Below are positions 20,594 to 29,990 of a stretch of 64,000 nucleotides of DNA, piece by piece. Location of the stretch: positions 608,001 to 672,000 of the forward strand of contig CAVSHB010000002.1 in the NCBI GenBank assembly GCA_963727775.1, written 5' to 3'. Every line of letters starts with the position of its first letter. Position 1 is the first letter of the stretch. A program made the translations under genes and the position numbers. The DNA is from an uncultured Nitrospiraceae bacterium (lineage in GTDB: Bacteria; Nitrospirota; Thermodesulfovibrionia; Thermodesulfovibrionales; SM23-35). The notes under the pieces were generated by a model. That model was not told the origin of the DNA. It saw nothing but the letters and a program-made list of their open reading frames with translations, and did not search any database.

Positions 20594-21493
20594 TTAGAGA
20601 GATTTCTTTTTATTATCAATGAAATTTCTTAATGCCTCTTTGAAAAAATCCCCTTGGGACCTTACTTCGAGAGCGATCCTGCCTTCATATAGCTTTATGC
20701 CTTCTTTTAAATCCGATACAAAGACCGAAGCGAAGTTGTTGTTCCTGATGGCCTCGTCTGCTTTTGCCGCATTATAAAGGTATATATCCGCTACTATGGT
20801 CCTCGCCAGCCTTCTGGCCCGCTCTATCTTTTCGTCAGGCAAAGGCCCTTTTGTTTCTTCTGTCGACCGTATCTGCGGCTCCGCCTTTTGTTCAGGCTTC
20901 TGTTCCGGTTTTTGTTCAGGCGGGGAAGGAGGAGCTGTCGGTTTCACTATTTTCTCTTCCATCTTCGTCGGTTCTTTGCTCTTTAGATGGTTGATCGAAT
21001 CCAGCAGGAGTTCGGATATGCGGTACTCCTCGATATAATCATCAGCGTCATAGAAAGATTCAGGTTCTCTTCTATATCTGTCCTTGTCGTAAGGGGAACT
21101 TATAAGGATAAACTTCATCCCCTTTGTCTCGGGCCTTGATTTCAATCTTTTACATACTTCAAACCCGAGGATTTTTGGAAGACCGACCTCGATTACGGCA
21201 AGGAAAGGAAGCTCTTTAATCGACTTGACCATAGCTTCTATCCCATCGGAGGACATAACTGTCCGGTATCCGCTTTGATGCAACAGGGAGGCTATCTCCT
21301 CGGCGGTAACGGGATTGGAATGCGCTATGAGAACTTTGACTTTGTCCACAGGCTTTTCGATAGCCGCGGGTTGAGGTCTTTTTACGAGAAGGACGGTGCT
21401 GCATTTCGGGCATTTAAACCTTGAACCACCTTCGGCCACTTTTTGTTCATTGACTTTGAGTCTTGTTTTGCACTTCGGACATGCTACAACCAC
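20594..21493 (-). CDS. MJ0042-type zinc ribbon + atypical receiver domain protein
   Basis: CPKC...CPKC; receiver-like fold with Glu at the phospho-Asp position; PEQK linker; ARRLARTIVADI C-terminal domain. Confidence 0.75.
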   Translation of the reverse strand: MVVACPKCKTRLKVNEQKVAEGGSRFKCPKCSTVLLVKRPQPAAIEKPVDKVKVLIAHSNPVTAEEIASLLHQSGYRTVMSSDGIEAMVKSIKELPFLAVIEVGLPKILGFEVCKRLKSRPETKGMKFILISSPYDKDRYRREPESFYDADDYIEEYRISELLLDSINHLKSKEPTKMEEKIVKPTAPPSPPEQKPEQKPEQKAEPQIRSTEETKGPLPDEKIERARRLARTIVADIYLYNAAKADEAIRNNNFASVFVSDLKEGIKLYEGRIALEVRSQGDFFKEALRNFIDNKKKSL

Positions 21494-21806
21494 CGTTTCG
21501 TCCTCCTTGGCAGCCAGAGTTTAATTGTCAGGAGACCTATGAGGAACTATCCGATATACGCAAACCATGCAACCCCGCCGCCCTCATGAACTCCTATACT
21601 TACCAAACCATTTAAGAACTGTATAATAGCCCAAAACCCGATAACTATCAAGGCCGGAATTCTTACGGTGGTTATATTTTTTCGATTTCTGACCAGGAGC
21701 AATTCATGCTTGCATTATGAGATATGGATATGCTATAAATTTACGGTCGTAAAGCATTCACTAATTAAATGATAAATGATAAATAATAACTTATAGGGGG
21801 TCCCTA

Positions 21807-23486
21807 ATGGATAATAAAAAAATTATGCCATTGTTTTTGCTTATTGCCTTCCTGATTTTCCCCGTATATGTAAGCGCTGCAAAAGGAGTTGTCCAGGACG
21901 CGAAAATGTGCCTGGCATGTCATTCGGATAAGACGTTGTCCAAAAAACTTATGGATAAGGAAAGGCTCCCATTATATATTGATGGGCATGAATTTGCAGG
22001 TTCCGTCCATTCCAAGGTCGGATGTTCGGGATGCCACACGGATATCTCCATGGACAACCATCCACAGGTAAAAAAGATAATGAGTAAAAAAGAGTATGTC
22101 GCAAATATGTCCAGGAATTGTTCACGATGCCATACTCCCGAGAAGCTGAAGAAGAAACCGATGCACAGTTCATTGGCAGCTAAAGGCACTTGCGTTGAAT
22201 GTCACGGCTCTCATTATATTAAGGGATTGGCAGAGCAGAAGGGCGGGGTAAAGGAAAACCAATACTGCCTGACCTGCCACAGGAACAAACTCAGCATGTC
22301 ATTGAAGAACCATGAATCCCTTTCCGTTTATGTAGACGAATCAGTCCTTAGGAATTCCGCGCACAGGGACCTTCAGTGCAGTGGTTGTCATACGGCCTTT
22401 TCGAAAAACCTGCATCCGGTCAGATCTTTTGAGAACAGGCGTGACTATACTATCGCCTCTTCCGAGGCCTGCCGGAAATGCCATGCAGCAGCATACAAAC
22501 AGTATGAAGTCAGCGTCCATCGTGCAGGTATAAAGGTTGGAAACCTTAAAGCTCCCGTATGTTCCGACTGTCATGGCGAGCACTCGGTGTCCGTCATAAA
22601 GAAAGACAGGAACATCGGCCTGAGGTCCTGCAACAAATGCCATGCGGATATGAACAATTCTTATGAGGCCAGCGTTCACGGCAAAGCAAGGAAGATGGGA
22701 TATGAGAAATCCCCTGTCTGCTCGTCGTGCCATAATGCTCACAATGTTGAGTCTACTGCAATGACCACAAAGATAAAAGAAGGTTGCGCGAAATGCCATA
22801 AAGATGCCGGAAAATCCCATAATAAATGGCTGTCGAATCCTCCGATAACTATGCCTTCGTTTGCAGCCGCCCATTTCGACGTTGTGTCATGCGCTGCATG
22901 CCATTCTGCCGGGGCCAAGCGGGGTGTATATCTCAGCCTGTTTAATCGGAGAACCGGGAAACCCGTGACCGATGGAGAGTTGCAGGAGCTTCTGCATACG
23001 GATTCCGCCGGATTGATCGGGAAAGTGGACACGAATGGAGACGGGAGTATTGATGCGAAAGAGTTGTGGGATTTCTTTGCTCTGCTGTATAAGAAAGGTA
23101 TCATTGCGATATTCCAGGGTAAGATGGACGTGAGCACCGCAAAGGAAGCGCATCAAATCGGGGCCAAAACAGAAGCAGTAAAGGACTGCGAAAAGTGTCA
23201 CCTGCCCGGCGCCGAACTGTTTAAGAATGTTTTTGTTACCATTAAAAAGACCGACGGCAAACCGATGCTCCTGCCTGCGAAAGAAGAAGTGCTCACTTCG
23301 GTATATTCGATATTGCCGGTCAGTAAGTTTTATGCCCTCGGCAGTACGAGCATAAGGCTTCTCGATATTCTCTTTATCATCGCCCTCATCGGCGGCATTG
23401 CCGTGCCGATAGGCCATATCTCATTAAGAATAATAACTTCACCCCTCAGGGCATTAAGGAGAATGGGGAAGGGAGGCAAGAAATAA
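21807..23486 (+). CDS. 13-heme cytochrome c with EF-hand and C-terminal membrane anchor (CbcA-like)
   Basis: Signal peptide, 13 CxxCH motifs counted, DTNGDGSIDAKE EF-hand, C-terminal TM containing His. Confidence 0.88.
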   Translation: MDNKKIMPLFLLIAFLIFPVYVSAAKGVVQDAKMCLACHSDKTLSKKLMDKERLPLYIDGHEFAGSVHSKVGCSGCHTDISMDNHPQVKKIMSKKEYVANMSRNCSRCHTPEKLKKKPMHSSLAAKGTCVECHGSHYIKGLAEQKGGVKENQYCLTCHRNKLSMSLKNHESLSVYVDESVLRNSAHRDLQCSGCHTAFSKNLHPVRSFENRRDYTIASSEACRKCHAAAYKQYEVSVHRAGIKVGNLKAPVCSDCHGEHSVSVIKKDRNIGLRSCNKCHADMNNSYEASVHGKARKMGYEKSPVCSSCHNAHNVESTAMTTKIKEGCAKCHKDAGKSHNKWLSNPPITMPSFAAAHFDVVSCAACHSAGAKRGVYLSLFNRRTGKPVTDGELQELLHTDSAGLIGKVDTNGDGSIDAKELWDFFALLYKKGIIAIFQGKMDVSTAKEAHQIGAKTEAVKDCEKCHLPGAELFKNVFVTIKKTDGKPMLLPAKEEVLTSVYSILPVSKFYALGSTSIRLLDILFIIALIGGIAVPIGHISLRIITSPLRALRRMGKGGKK

Positions 23487-24169
23487 TGAAAAAGATATAT
23501 CTTCATCCGCTACCGATCAGAATCTGGCATTGGGTGAATGCTCTGGGTTTTATCATCCTGATCCTTACCGGGACACAGATCAAAATGGGGAATGCCATTC
23601 ATCTGGTATCGTTCGAAACCGCGGTTAAGATCCACAGCTGGCTGGGGTTCATTCTTCTGGCAAATTACTTTATATGGCTTGTCTATTACCTCGTTACGGG
23701 CAACATAAAAATATACATACCCCCTCTGACCCGTCCGATGGAGTTCGCCAAGAAGGCTTTAATCCAGGCAAAGTTTTACGGGTGGGGCATAATGGTCGGA
23801 GACGAGAACCCCCATCATTCATCGCCTGACAATAAGTTCAACCCCATGCAGCAGGTGTCGTATCTCGCGATCATGGTGGCATTAATCCCTGTACAGATTA
23901 TAACCGGACTTTTCCTGTGGGACCCGCACTTCTTCGGGCCTGCCGTTAACCTTATAGGAGGGATACAGATAGCGGACCTGGTCCATATCCTTCTTTGGAT
24001 ATTCTTCAGCGCCTTCATTATTGTCCATTTTTATCTCGCTACTCTCGGACATACTCCTATGGCGCATATTATCGCGATGTTTTCAGGATTTGAGGAAGAA
24101 CATGAAGAGCACGGCCACGGCGAGGAAGATGGCCACGGCCATGCAGAAGAACACGGACACAGCCACTAA
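23486..24169 (+). CDS. Di-heme cytochrome b (Ni-hydrogenase CytB/PhsC/CbcB-like) with His/Glu-rich tail
   Basis: RIWHWVNA, KIHSWLG, KFNPMQQ, VH..HFY; translationally coupled to the cytochrome c. Confidence 0.88.
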   Translation: MKKIYLHPLPIRIWHWVNALGFIILILTGTQIKMGNAIHLVSFETAVKIHSWLGFILLANYFIWLVYYLVTGNIKIYIPPLTRPMEFAKKALIQAKFYGWGIMVGDENPHHSSPDNKFNPMQQVSYLAIMVALIPVQIITGLFLWDPHFFGPAVNLIGGIQIADLVHILLWIFFSAFIIVHFYLATLGHTPMAHIIAMFSGFEEEHEEHGHGEEDGHGHAEEHGHSH

Positions 24170-24188
24170 TTATATCTTCACCTAAATT

Positions 24189-24222
24189 AAAAAACCGGGA
24201 CAGAGATGGACCGGTTTTTTTT
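24189..24222 (+). terminator. Terminator after the cytochrome bc pair
   Basis: AAAAAACCGG...CCGGTTTTTTTT. Confidence 0.65.
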
Positions 24223-24398
24223 CGCGGATTATACTGTCATGCTGAATTACCTTGATTCACTGCTCAAGAACATGATAATGTATTAGCAAGATTTTAGAGG
24301 TTTTTGCGTTCACAGAAGGCCACAAAGACTTTTAGCTTTGAGGCCTTTTTTATTGCGTTCTTCTGAGATTTTAGTTTAAAGATAAGGAGGTAAACAAA

Positions 24399-24599
24399 AT
24401 GACAACAGGAACAGTGAAGTGGTTCAATGACAGCAAAGGTTTTGGTTTCATTACTGCTGACGATAACAGTGATGTCTTTGTACACCATACGTCCATCCAG
24501 GGCAGTGGATTCAAAAGCCTTGCCGAAGGTGACAAGGTCAGCTTTGATACTGAACAAGGTCCGAAAGGTCCCAAAGCGATCAATGTAGTCAAACTGTAA
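24399..24599 (+). CDS. cspA: Cold-shock protein
   Basis: GTVKWFN, KGFGFI (RNP1), VFVHH (RNP2); RBS AGGAGG. Confidence 0.96.
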   Translation: MTTGTVKWFNDSKGFGFITADDNSDVFVHHTSIQGSGFKSLAEGDKVSFDTEQGPKGPKAINVVKL

Positions 24600-24607
24600 T
24601 TAATTTT

Positions 24608-24645
24608 GGACAAGGCTCCTTCCGCCGGAGGGAGCCTTGTCCTTT
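24608..24645 (+). terminator. Stable hairpin after csp with only a short U-tract (leaky terminator)
   Basis: GGACAAGGCTCCTTCC-GCC-GGAGGGAGCCTTGTCC-TTT. Confidence 0.7.
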
Positions 24646-24664
24646 GAGAGGGTGTGTTAGGAAC

Positions 24665-25033
24665 ATGAATAATAGTAAGAATGCAGTCAGGATGGAGAGG
24701 ATGCAGGAAATTATGCAGCAGAGACGTGACGCAGGTTCCGTAGCTACACACTTCCCAGAGGTTGCAAACATCGTCATGAATATGACATATAACCAGAGGG
24801 GTGCAAAATCGATACTCCGGACCTTTAATTTCGCTCCTGAGAGTTATGCTTTTTTTATAGTAAACTGCTTAAGACAAGACTGTGTTGGCGGTGGGTTTGA
24901 TCTAACCCACGTTATAACCGCGATGATCAGAAACCGCAAAGCAGAGGGAAAAGGAGAACTTAGCTGTAAAGGCACAGATTCCGCCATGAGCCACTCGGAG
25001 ATTGTTTATGAAGTTGCCATACAATACACGTAA
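24665..25033 (+). CDS. Hypothetical protein with CxxxxC-xGGGFDL...C..H motif
   Basis: Open frame directly downstream of csp; candidate metal ligands. Confidence 0.7.
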   Translation: MNNSKNAVRMERMQEIMQQRRDAGSVATHFPEVANIVMNMTYNQRGAKSILRTFNFAPESYAFFIVNCLRQDCVGGGFDLTHVITAMIRNRKAEGKGELSCKGTDSAMSHSEIVYEVAIQYT

Positions 25034-25493
25034 ATCGCTGTCTTTTAATCTTACGATATTTTGAGATAAAGGATCTCTCGCGCAGAGCCAGCTCCCAACT
25101 TGGTTTTGAATATATTCATTGCGGGTTGCCGTTTCAGGAATGACTTTCCATTTGGCACTCTCTGCCAAAGTCGTTATTATTAAAATAATATCAAAAGATT
25201 GCAATCTGTTATGCCTATTAAAGAAAATATAACGATAATATGTTATGCTTAATACAAGAGGAAAAGAATAAATATTCGAACAGGGACACTGATAAATAGA
25301 TTTTATTTCGAAAAGCTCACCTTTTAGCGGTCTCCCCAATTAACAAACATTTTATCTTGCTTCCATATTTTAGAAAGGACTTTTCTGCCGCTTTGTATAG
25401 GTAAGTGGGGATATAGGGTAAAAAGAATATGATTACGTGTCCTATAAGTAAAGTTTAAATGTCAGTTATTAACAACAAAACAGGAGGTTGAAG

Positions 25494-25811
25494 ATGAAAA
25501 AGATCTATGTCGGAAACATTGCATTTAATGCAACAGAACAGGATTTAAGGGAGTTCTTCTCGGAGTATGGAGAGATCGAATCATTAAAAATAATAAAGGA
25601 CAACTTTACGGATCGGTCCAAAGGTTTTGGTTTCATAGAAATGGCAGATGAAAACGATGCTAAAAAGGCGATTGAAACCCTTAATGGTAAAGATTTTATG
25701 GGGAAAGCACTTACTGTGGCTGAGGCGAGACCACAAGAAAAGCGGCGTGGCTTTAATGATAAAAGGGGCGGCTATGGAGGTGGCAGGGATACAGGTAGAG
25801 GCTGGAAATAG
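25494..25811 (+). CDS. RRM RNA-binding protein with Gly/Arg-rich tail
   Basis: IYVGNI (RNP2), KGFGFIEM (RNP1); RBS CAGGAGG. Confidence 0.94.
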   Translation: MKKIYVGNIAFNATEQDLREFFSEYGEIESLKIIKDNFTDRSKGFGFIEMADENDAKKAIETLNGKDFMGKALTVAEARPQEKRRGFNDKRGGYGGGRDTGRGWK

Positions 25812-25924
25812 TTCTTGGATATCGAAGTCAATGAAAATAGTGACAAACCCACAGATTATTGTAAAGAAACTCTTAAAAATATTGGGTCTGTAAAATAACA
25901 GCCTATATGCTTATGGAGGTGGAT

Positions 25925-26155
25925 ATGAAGGCACTTATTGAACTAATTGCGAAATCGTTGGTAGATAAACCGGAAGAGGTGACAGTAACTGAGGTAGGCG
26001 GAGAAAAAACTGCTCTCTTTGAATTGCGTGTTGCTGCAAGTGATATCGGGAAGGTTGTCGGAAAGCAGGGAAATACAGCGCGTGCAATGAGAACAATACT
26101 GAGTGCTTCGGGAACAAAAATAGGTAAACGCTGTGTTCTCGAAATATTGGACTAA
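25925..26155 (+). CDS. khpA: KH-domain RNA-binding protein (KhpA/YlqC family)
   Basis: [18 protein letters not shown] (GxxG), RAMRTIL; RBS GGAGG. Confidence 0.9.
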   Translation: MKALIELIAKSLVDKPEEVTVTEVGGEKTALFELRVAASDIGKVVGKQGNTARAMRTILSASGTKIGKRCVLEILD

Positions 26156-26184
26156 TTGAATAATGCCCCCAAAGGAGTATAGAA

Positions 26185-27573
26185 TTGACGGAATTTCATA
26201 CTTTTAATTTTCACCCACAAGTTGCAGCCGGGATAGCGTTAGCGGGTTATGTTTTACCGACGCCTATCCAGGCACAGGCAATCCCACTGGTTATGGATGG
26301 TCGTGACGTTATGGGATTGGCACAGACCGGCACCGGCAAGACCGCAGCCTTTGTACTGCCGATTCTGCATCGTCTGATGAAAGGGAAGCGCGGGCGCATT
26401 CGGGGCCTTGTCATCGCTCCTACTCGCGAGCTGGCTGAGCAGATCCACGAAGCAATCGGTGTTCTGGGACAGCAGACTCCTCTCCGGAGCGTAAGCATTT
26501 ACGGCGGCGTGGACATGAACCCGCAGAGACAGAAACTGCGCAGCGGCGTTGAGATCGTCATCGCCTGCCCCGGTCGCCTTCTCGATCACATTAATCACGG
26601 TGTGATAAACCTGTCTAATCTGGAAGTGCTCGTTTTAGACGAGGCGGACCGGATGTTTGATATGGGCTTTCTGCCCGATATCAGGAAGATACTTGAGAAT
26701 GTGCCGGCCATGCGCCAGACGTTGATGTTTTCGGCAACCATGCCGGATGATATCCGACATTTGGCCCGCGAAGTCCTGAGCGCTCCGGTCACAGTGCAAG
26801 TCGACCCTTCCGCACCGGCAACTACTGTGGCGCATGCACTCTATCCGGTCGATCAACACCTCAAAACTGCACTCCTCCTCGAACTGCTGCGCCGTACTGA
26901 CACTGAGTCGGTTTTGGTCTTTACGCGCACCAAGCACCGGGCCAGGCGAGTGGGCCAACTTCTGGAGAAGGCCGGCTACCGGGCCGCATCTCTGCAGGGG
27001 AACCTGTCCCAAAACAGGCGGCAGGCTGCACTTGACGGCTTCCGTGACGGCTCCTACAAGGTCCTTGTTGCGACCGACATTGCTGCCCGCGGGATCGATG
27101 TCACACGCATATCCCATGTCATCAACTATGACATGCCCGATACTGCCGATGCATACACGCACCGGATAGGCCGCACCGGCCGGGCTGAAAAGACCGGGGA
27201 TGCCTTCACGTTCATCACCCGTGAAGACGAGGATATTGTGCTCAGCATCGAGCGTGTTCTCGGTGAAAAGGTGGAACGGCGCACGATGGATGGATTCGAT
27301 TATAAGAAAAGGGCGCCGGTGCGTGATACTGAGTTTACCCGTCCGCCGCGTGAACCACGACGCAGTTTTAAGAAGAATTATCCGGGACTATCTGTGTCCA
27401 ATACTGCTGTTGCTTCTACGCAGAAAGGGCGCCACGGCAAAAGAGCGGAAGATCAGAAGTTTGTTGGAAGCACAGATCTCCGGAAGACGTCACAGGGGGT
27501 TCTCGCTCCCCGGAGTTCCTCCGGTACAACTAAACGCAGGTACCGACCGCATAGCCGCGTATCCGACCGCTAA
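26185..27573 (+). CDS. DEAD-box RNA helicase (RhlE-like)
   Basis: Q motif, AQTGTGKT, PTRELA, DEAD, SAT, ARGID, HRIGRTGR; TTG start after AAGGAG. Confidence 0.95.
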   Translation: MTEFHTFNFHPQVAAGIALAGYVLPTPIQAQAIPLVMDGRDVMGLAQTGTGKTAAFVLPILHRLMKGKRGRIRGLVIAPTRELAEQIHEAIGVLGQQTPLRSVSIYGGVDMNPQRQKLRSGVEIVIACPGRLLDHINHGVINLSNLEVLVLDEADRMFDMGFLPDIRKILENVPAMRQTLMFSATMPDDIRHLAREVLSAPVTVQVDPSAPATTVAHALYPVDQHLKTALLLELLRRTDTESVLVFTRTKHRARRVGQLLEKAGYRAASLQGNLSQNRRQAALDGFRDGSYKVLVATDIAARGIDVTRISHVINYDMPDTADAYTHRIGRTGRAEKTGDAFTFITREDEDIVLSIERVLGEKVERRTMDGFDYKKRAPVRDTEFTRPPREPRRSFKKNYPGLSVSNTAVASTQKGRHGKRAEDQKFVGSTDLRKTSQGVLAPRSSSGTTKRRYRPHSRVSDR

Positions 27574-27596
27574 ACGACGTCCCTCAAAGCCAATTC

Positions 27597-28148
27597 ATGA
27601 ATGATATTGCTATTTTCACCGATGTGAGCCTAAATCCTGTGCTTAGGCTTGGAGTGGGCGCCTATCTTGTTGTTCCTGCTGCTTTTCTGAAAGTCTCACC
27701 TCACAGCATTGAAATATCCCAAATAACCGACCGGTTGGTGATACGAAGATTTGAGGGTACTTCATCGACCACACTTGAAGTTCAAACAGTTTTGTGGTCT
27801 CTTGAAGAGTATTGCAATGGATTAAAGGGTCCCAAATTGGGGAAACTGCAGGTATATTCTGATTCCCAGTGCGTCGCGGGTCTTTTAAGAAGAAGACTCG
27901 CTTTGGAGGCCAAGGGCTTTCTCAGCAAAAGGACAAAACGCCAGTTAAAGAACGCCTGCCTTTATCGCAGATTTTACGAATTCTACGACGAACTGGGATT
28001 TGAGATCATAAAAGTGGCAGGGCATACCCGTTCTTGCTCACACAATACTGTTAACCGAATATTTTCATTGGTAGACAAGAATGTGAGGAAAGTATTGAAC
28101 CTCTGGATGCGTGAGTTGGGACGGCACAAAAGAAGCGCTCATCTATAA
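27597..28148 (+). CDS. RNase HI-like protein
   Basis: FTDVS, TLE, YSDSQ, VAGH and a late Asp give the D-E-D-H-D catalytic set. Confidence 0.8.
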   Translation: MNDIAIFTDVSLNPVLRLGVGAYLVVPAAFLKVSPHSIEISQITDRLVIRRFEGTSSTTLEVQTVLWSLEEYCNGLKGPKLGKLQVYSDSQCVAGLLRRRLALEAKGFLSKRTKRQLKNACLYRRFYEFYDELGFEIIKVAGHTRSCSHNTVNRIFSLVDKNVRKVLNLWMRELGRHKRSAHL

Positions 28149-29990
28149 TGTTTTAACGAGACCATTCAATACAGGATATTCATCCTTTGCAAGGACCAAG
28201 TCTTCTTTGAGCAGTCTTATCCCTTCCGGAACATATTTCAGAAAATACTTTTTGCCCTTTACTCCGGAAAGGAAGCCATAGGCGCCAAGGGCCTGCATGT
28301 GGCGTTGGAGTCTGCACGGTAGGGTTGTTTTTCTGAATTCGTTTTCATTAAACCATTGAGTGTTTTCCGACATGCCGTTTATGTAATAAAATAAAAGATT
28401 CTCTCTTACGTCATCATCAAGGCGATAATAAGGGTCCCATAATATTGAGGCAATGTCATAGGCCGGCGGGCCGATTCTTGCGCCTTGATAATCTATGAGC
28501 CTTGGGGTGTTTCGTTTTGTGACCATGATGTTCTGAGATTGAAAATCCCGGTGGATGATGGTTTTGGGGAAGGCGTCTACTTTCACGGCAAGTCTGTGAA
28601 ACTCTTCATTAAGGGTTGATAGATTTTCGAACCTGATATCGCTGATGCCCTGAACGAACCTTTCGATAAAATAACTTGTCTCCCATCTTAGATGATCATA
28701 ATCGAAAACCCTGCCTTGAAACAACGGGCATTCCGATATGTGTTCGGTTACAGTTGTGTGGATTAAGATCGCTATATCAATGGCTTTCTTATATATCTCT
28801 TCTATGCATTTGAGATCACGCGAACACTTAAGCAGACTGTATAGCGATAAATCTCCAAGGTCTTCAAAGAGGGCATTACAATTTTTAAAGTCAACCTCCA
28901 GCAGTTCCGGCACAGGCACGGAATGTTTTTGGAAGAATCGTGTGTATTCGACATGTCTCCGGAAGTCAGGGTCATCATGAGCACACTGCATGAGCACCGT
29001 TGAATGGGCATCTTTCCTGATCCTGCAGTATTTCCTGTCGGACCCTCCCGTGCCTATGAGGAGGGCATTGTTTTCTGTTGTATTGAAAAAGTCTGTCTCA
29101 CCGAGATCAATTTTGAATCCGGTACCGAGGATACAGTTGTCGTATATTGAACCAGGCTTTATCTTGCTTTTTGGAAGCAGAATGCAATTTCTGATAGAGA
29201 TATCCGCATCAACCTCGTTGTCTTTTTCAATGACCGTGTACCCATCCAATTCAATATGACTGCATCCTTTTACTGATGGATGTATATAAACCGTTTCGCC
29301 ATTATTTCTTAGTTCACGTATGACAGCCTTAGTATATGCAGAGGGAGTGCCGATGTCGTTCCAATAACATCCGGTTACATTAAATGTTCCGATTTTGGAT
29401 CCTGACTCAATTGCCTTCAGCCATGCATCTGTAACGCTGGAAACGCCCCCCGGTAGGAAATCGAGAAATTGAGGAGAGTAGACTGCAATTCCTGTAAAAG
29501 CCAAATTGTTTGGCGCCCCTGATAATGCGCTAATGCTTTTGAGAAAACCTCCCCTATCTATTCCGAGTTTATTAAACTCAGGATAATCATGCACAGCAAG
29601 GGTCGCGAGATTTTCGGATGAGAGCTGGAAATCAACCAGCCGCCTCAAATCGATATCAGAGATGATGTCCGAATTATGGACAAGGAAAAGGCTGTCTTTA
29701 AGAAATGTTGTTGCATTTTTCAGAGCGCCTCCTGTGCCGAGGACGGGGTCTTCAGGGAAGAGCACTATCTGATTGCTGAATGAGGAACGGTCCAGCCAGT
29801 TTTTTATCAAGTTATTTTTGTAGTGGAGGTTTATCCCTATTTTGTTTGCGGGTAAAGCCGACATTTTTTCGAGTACAGTCTGTAAAACGGGAGTACCGAG
29901 AATAGGGACAAGCGGTTTTGGAATATAATCGGTAATCGGCCTCAGTCTTTTTCCGCGTCCCGCAGCAAGAATAAATACAGAGAAATTCAT
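28143..29990 (-). CDS. Fused sugar-phosphate nucleotidyltransferase (MurU-like) + APH-family kinase (AmgK-like)
   Basis: LAAGRGKRLRP..PKPL N-terminal domain; GGSDRKY, EDLGD, HRDFQSQN, IDYQ, QRHMQALG C-terminal domain. Confidence 0.85.
   Translation of the reverse strand: MNFSVFILAAGRGKRLRPITDYIPKPLVPILGTPVLQTVLEKMSALPANKIGINLHYKNNLIKNWLDRSSFSNQIVLFPEDPVLGTGGALKNATTFLKDSLFLVHNSDIISDIDLRRLVDFQLSSENLATLAVHDYPEFNKLGIDRGGFLKSISALSGAPNNLAFTGIAVYSPQFLDFLPGGVSSVTDAWLKAIESGSKIGTFNVTGCYWNDIGTPSAYTKAVIRELRNNGETVYIHPSVKGCSHIELDGYTVIEKDNEVDADISIRNCILLPKSKIKPGSIYDNCILGTGFKIDLGETDFFNTTENNALLIGTGGSDRKYCRIRKDAHSTVLMQCAHDDPDFRRHVEYTRFFQKHSVPVPELLEVDFKNCNALFEDLGDLSLYSLLKCSRDLKCIEEIYKKAIDIAILIHTTVTEHISECPLFQGRVFDYDHLRWETSYFIERFVQGISDIRFENLSTLNEEFHRLAVKVDAFPKTIIHRDFQSQNIMVTKRNTPRLIDYQGARIGPPAYDIASILWDPYYRLDDDVRENLLFYYINGMSENTQWFNENEFRKTTLPCRLQRHMQALGAYGFLSGVKGKKYFLKYVPEGIRLLKEDLVLAKDEYPVLNGLVKTL

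Noticed and set aside
25332..25344. CTCCCCAATTAAC shared with 60176
   Set aside because: Match does not extend; probably chance
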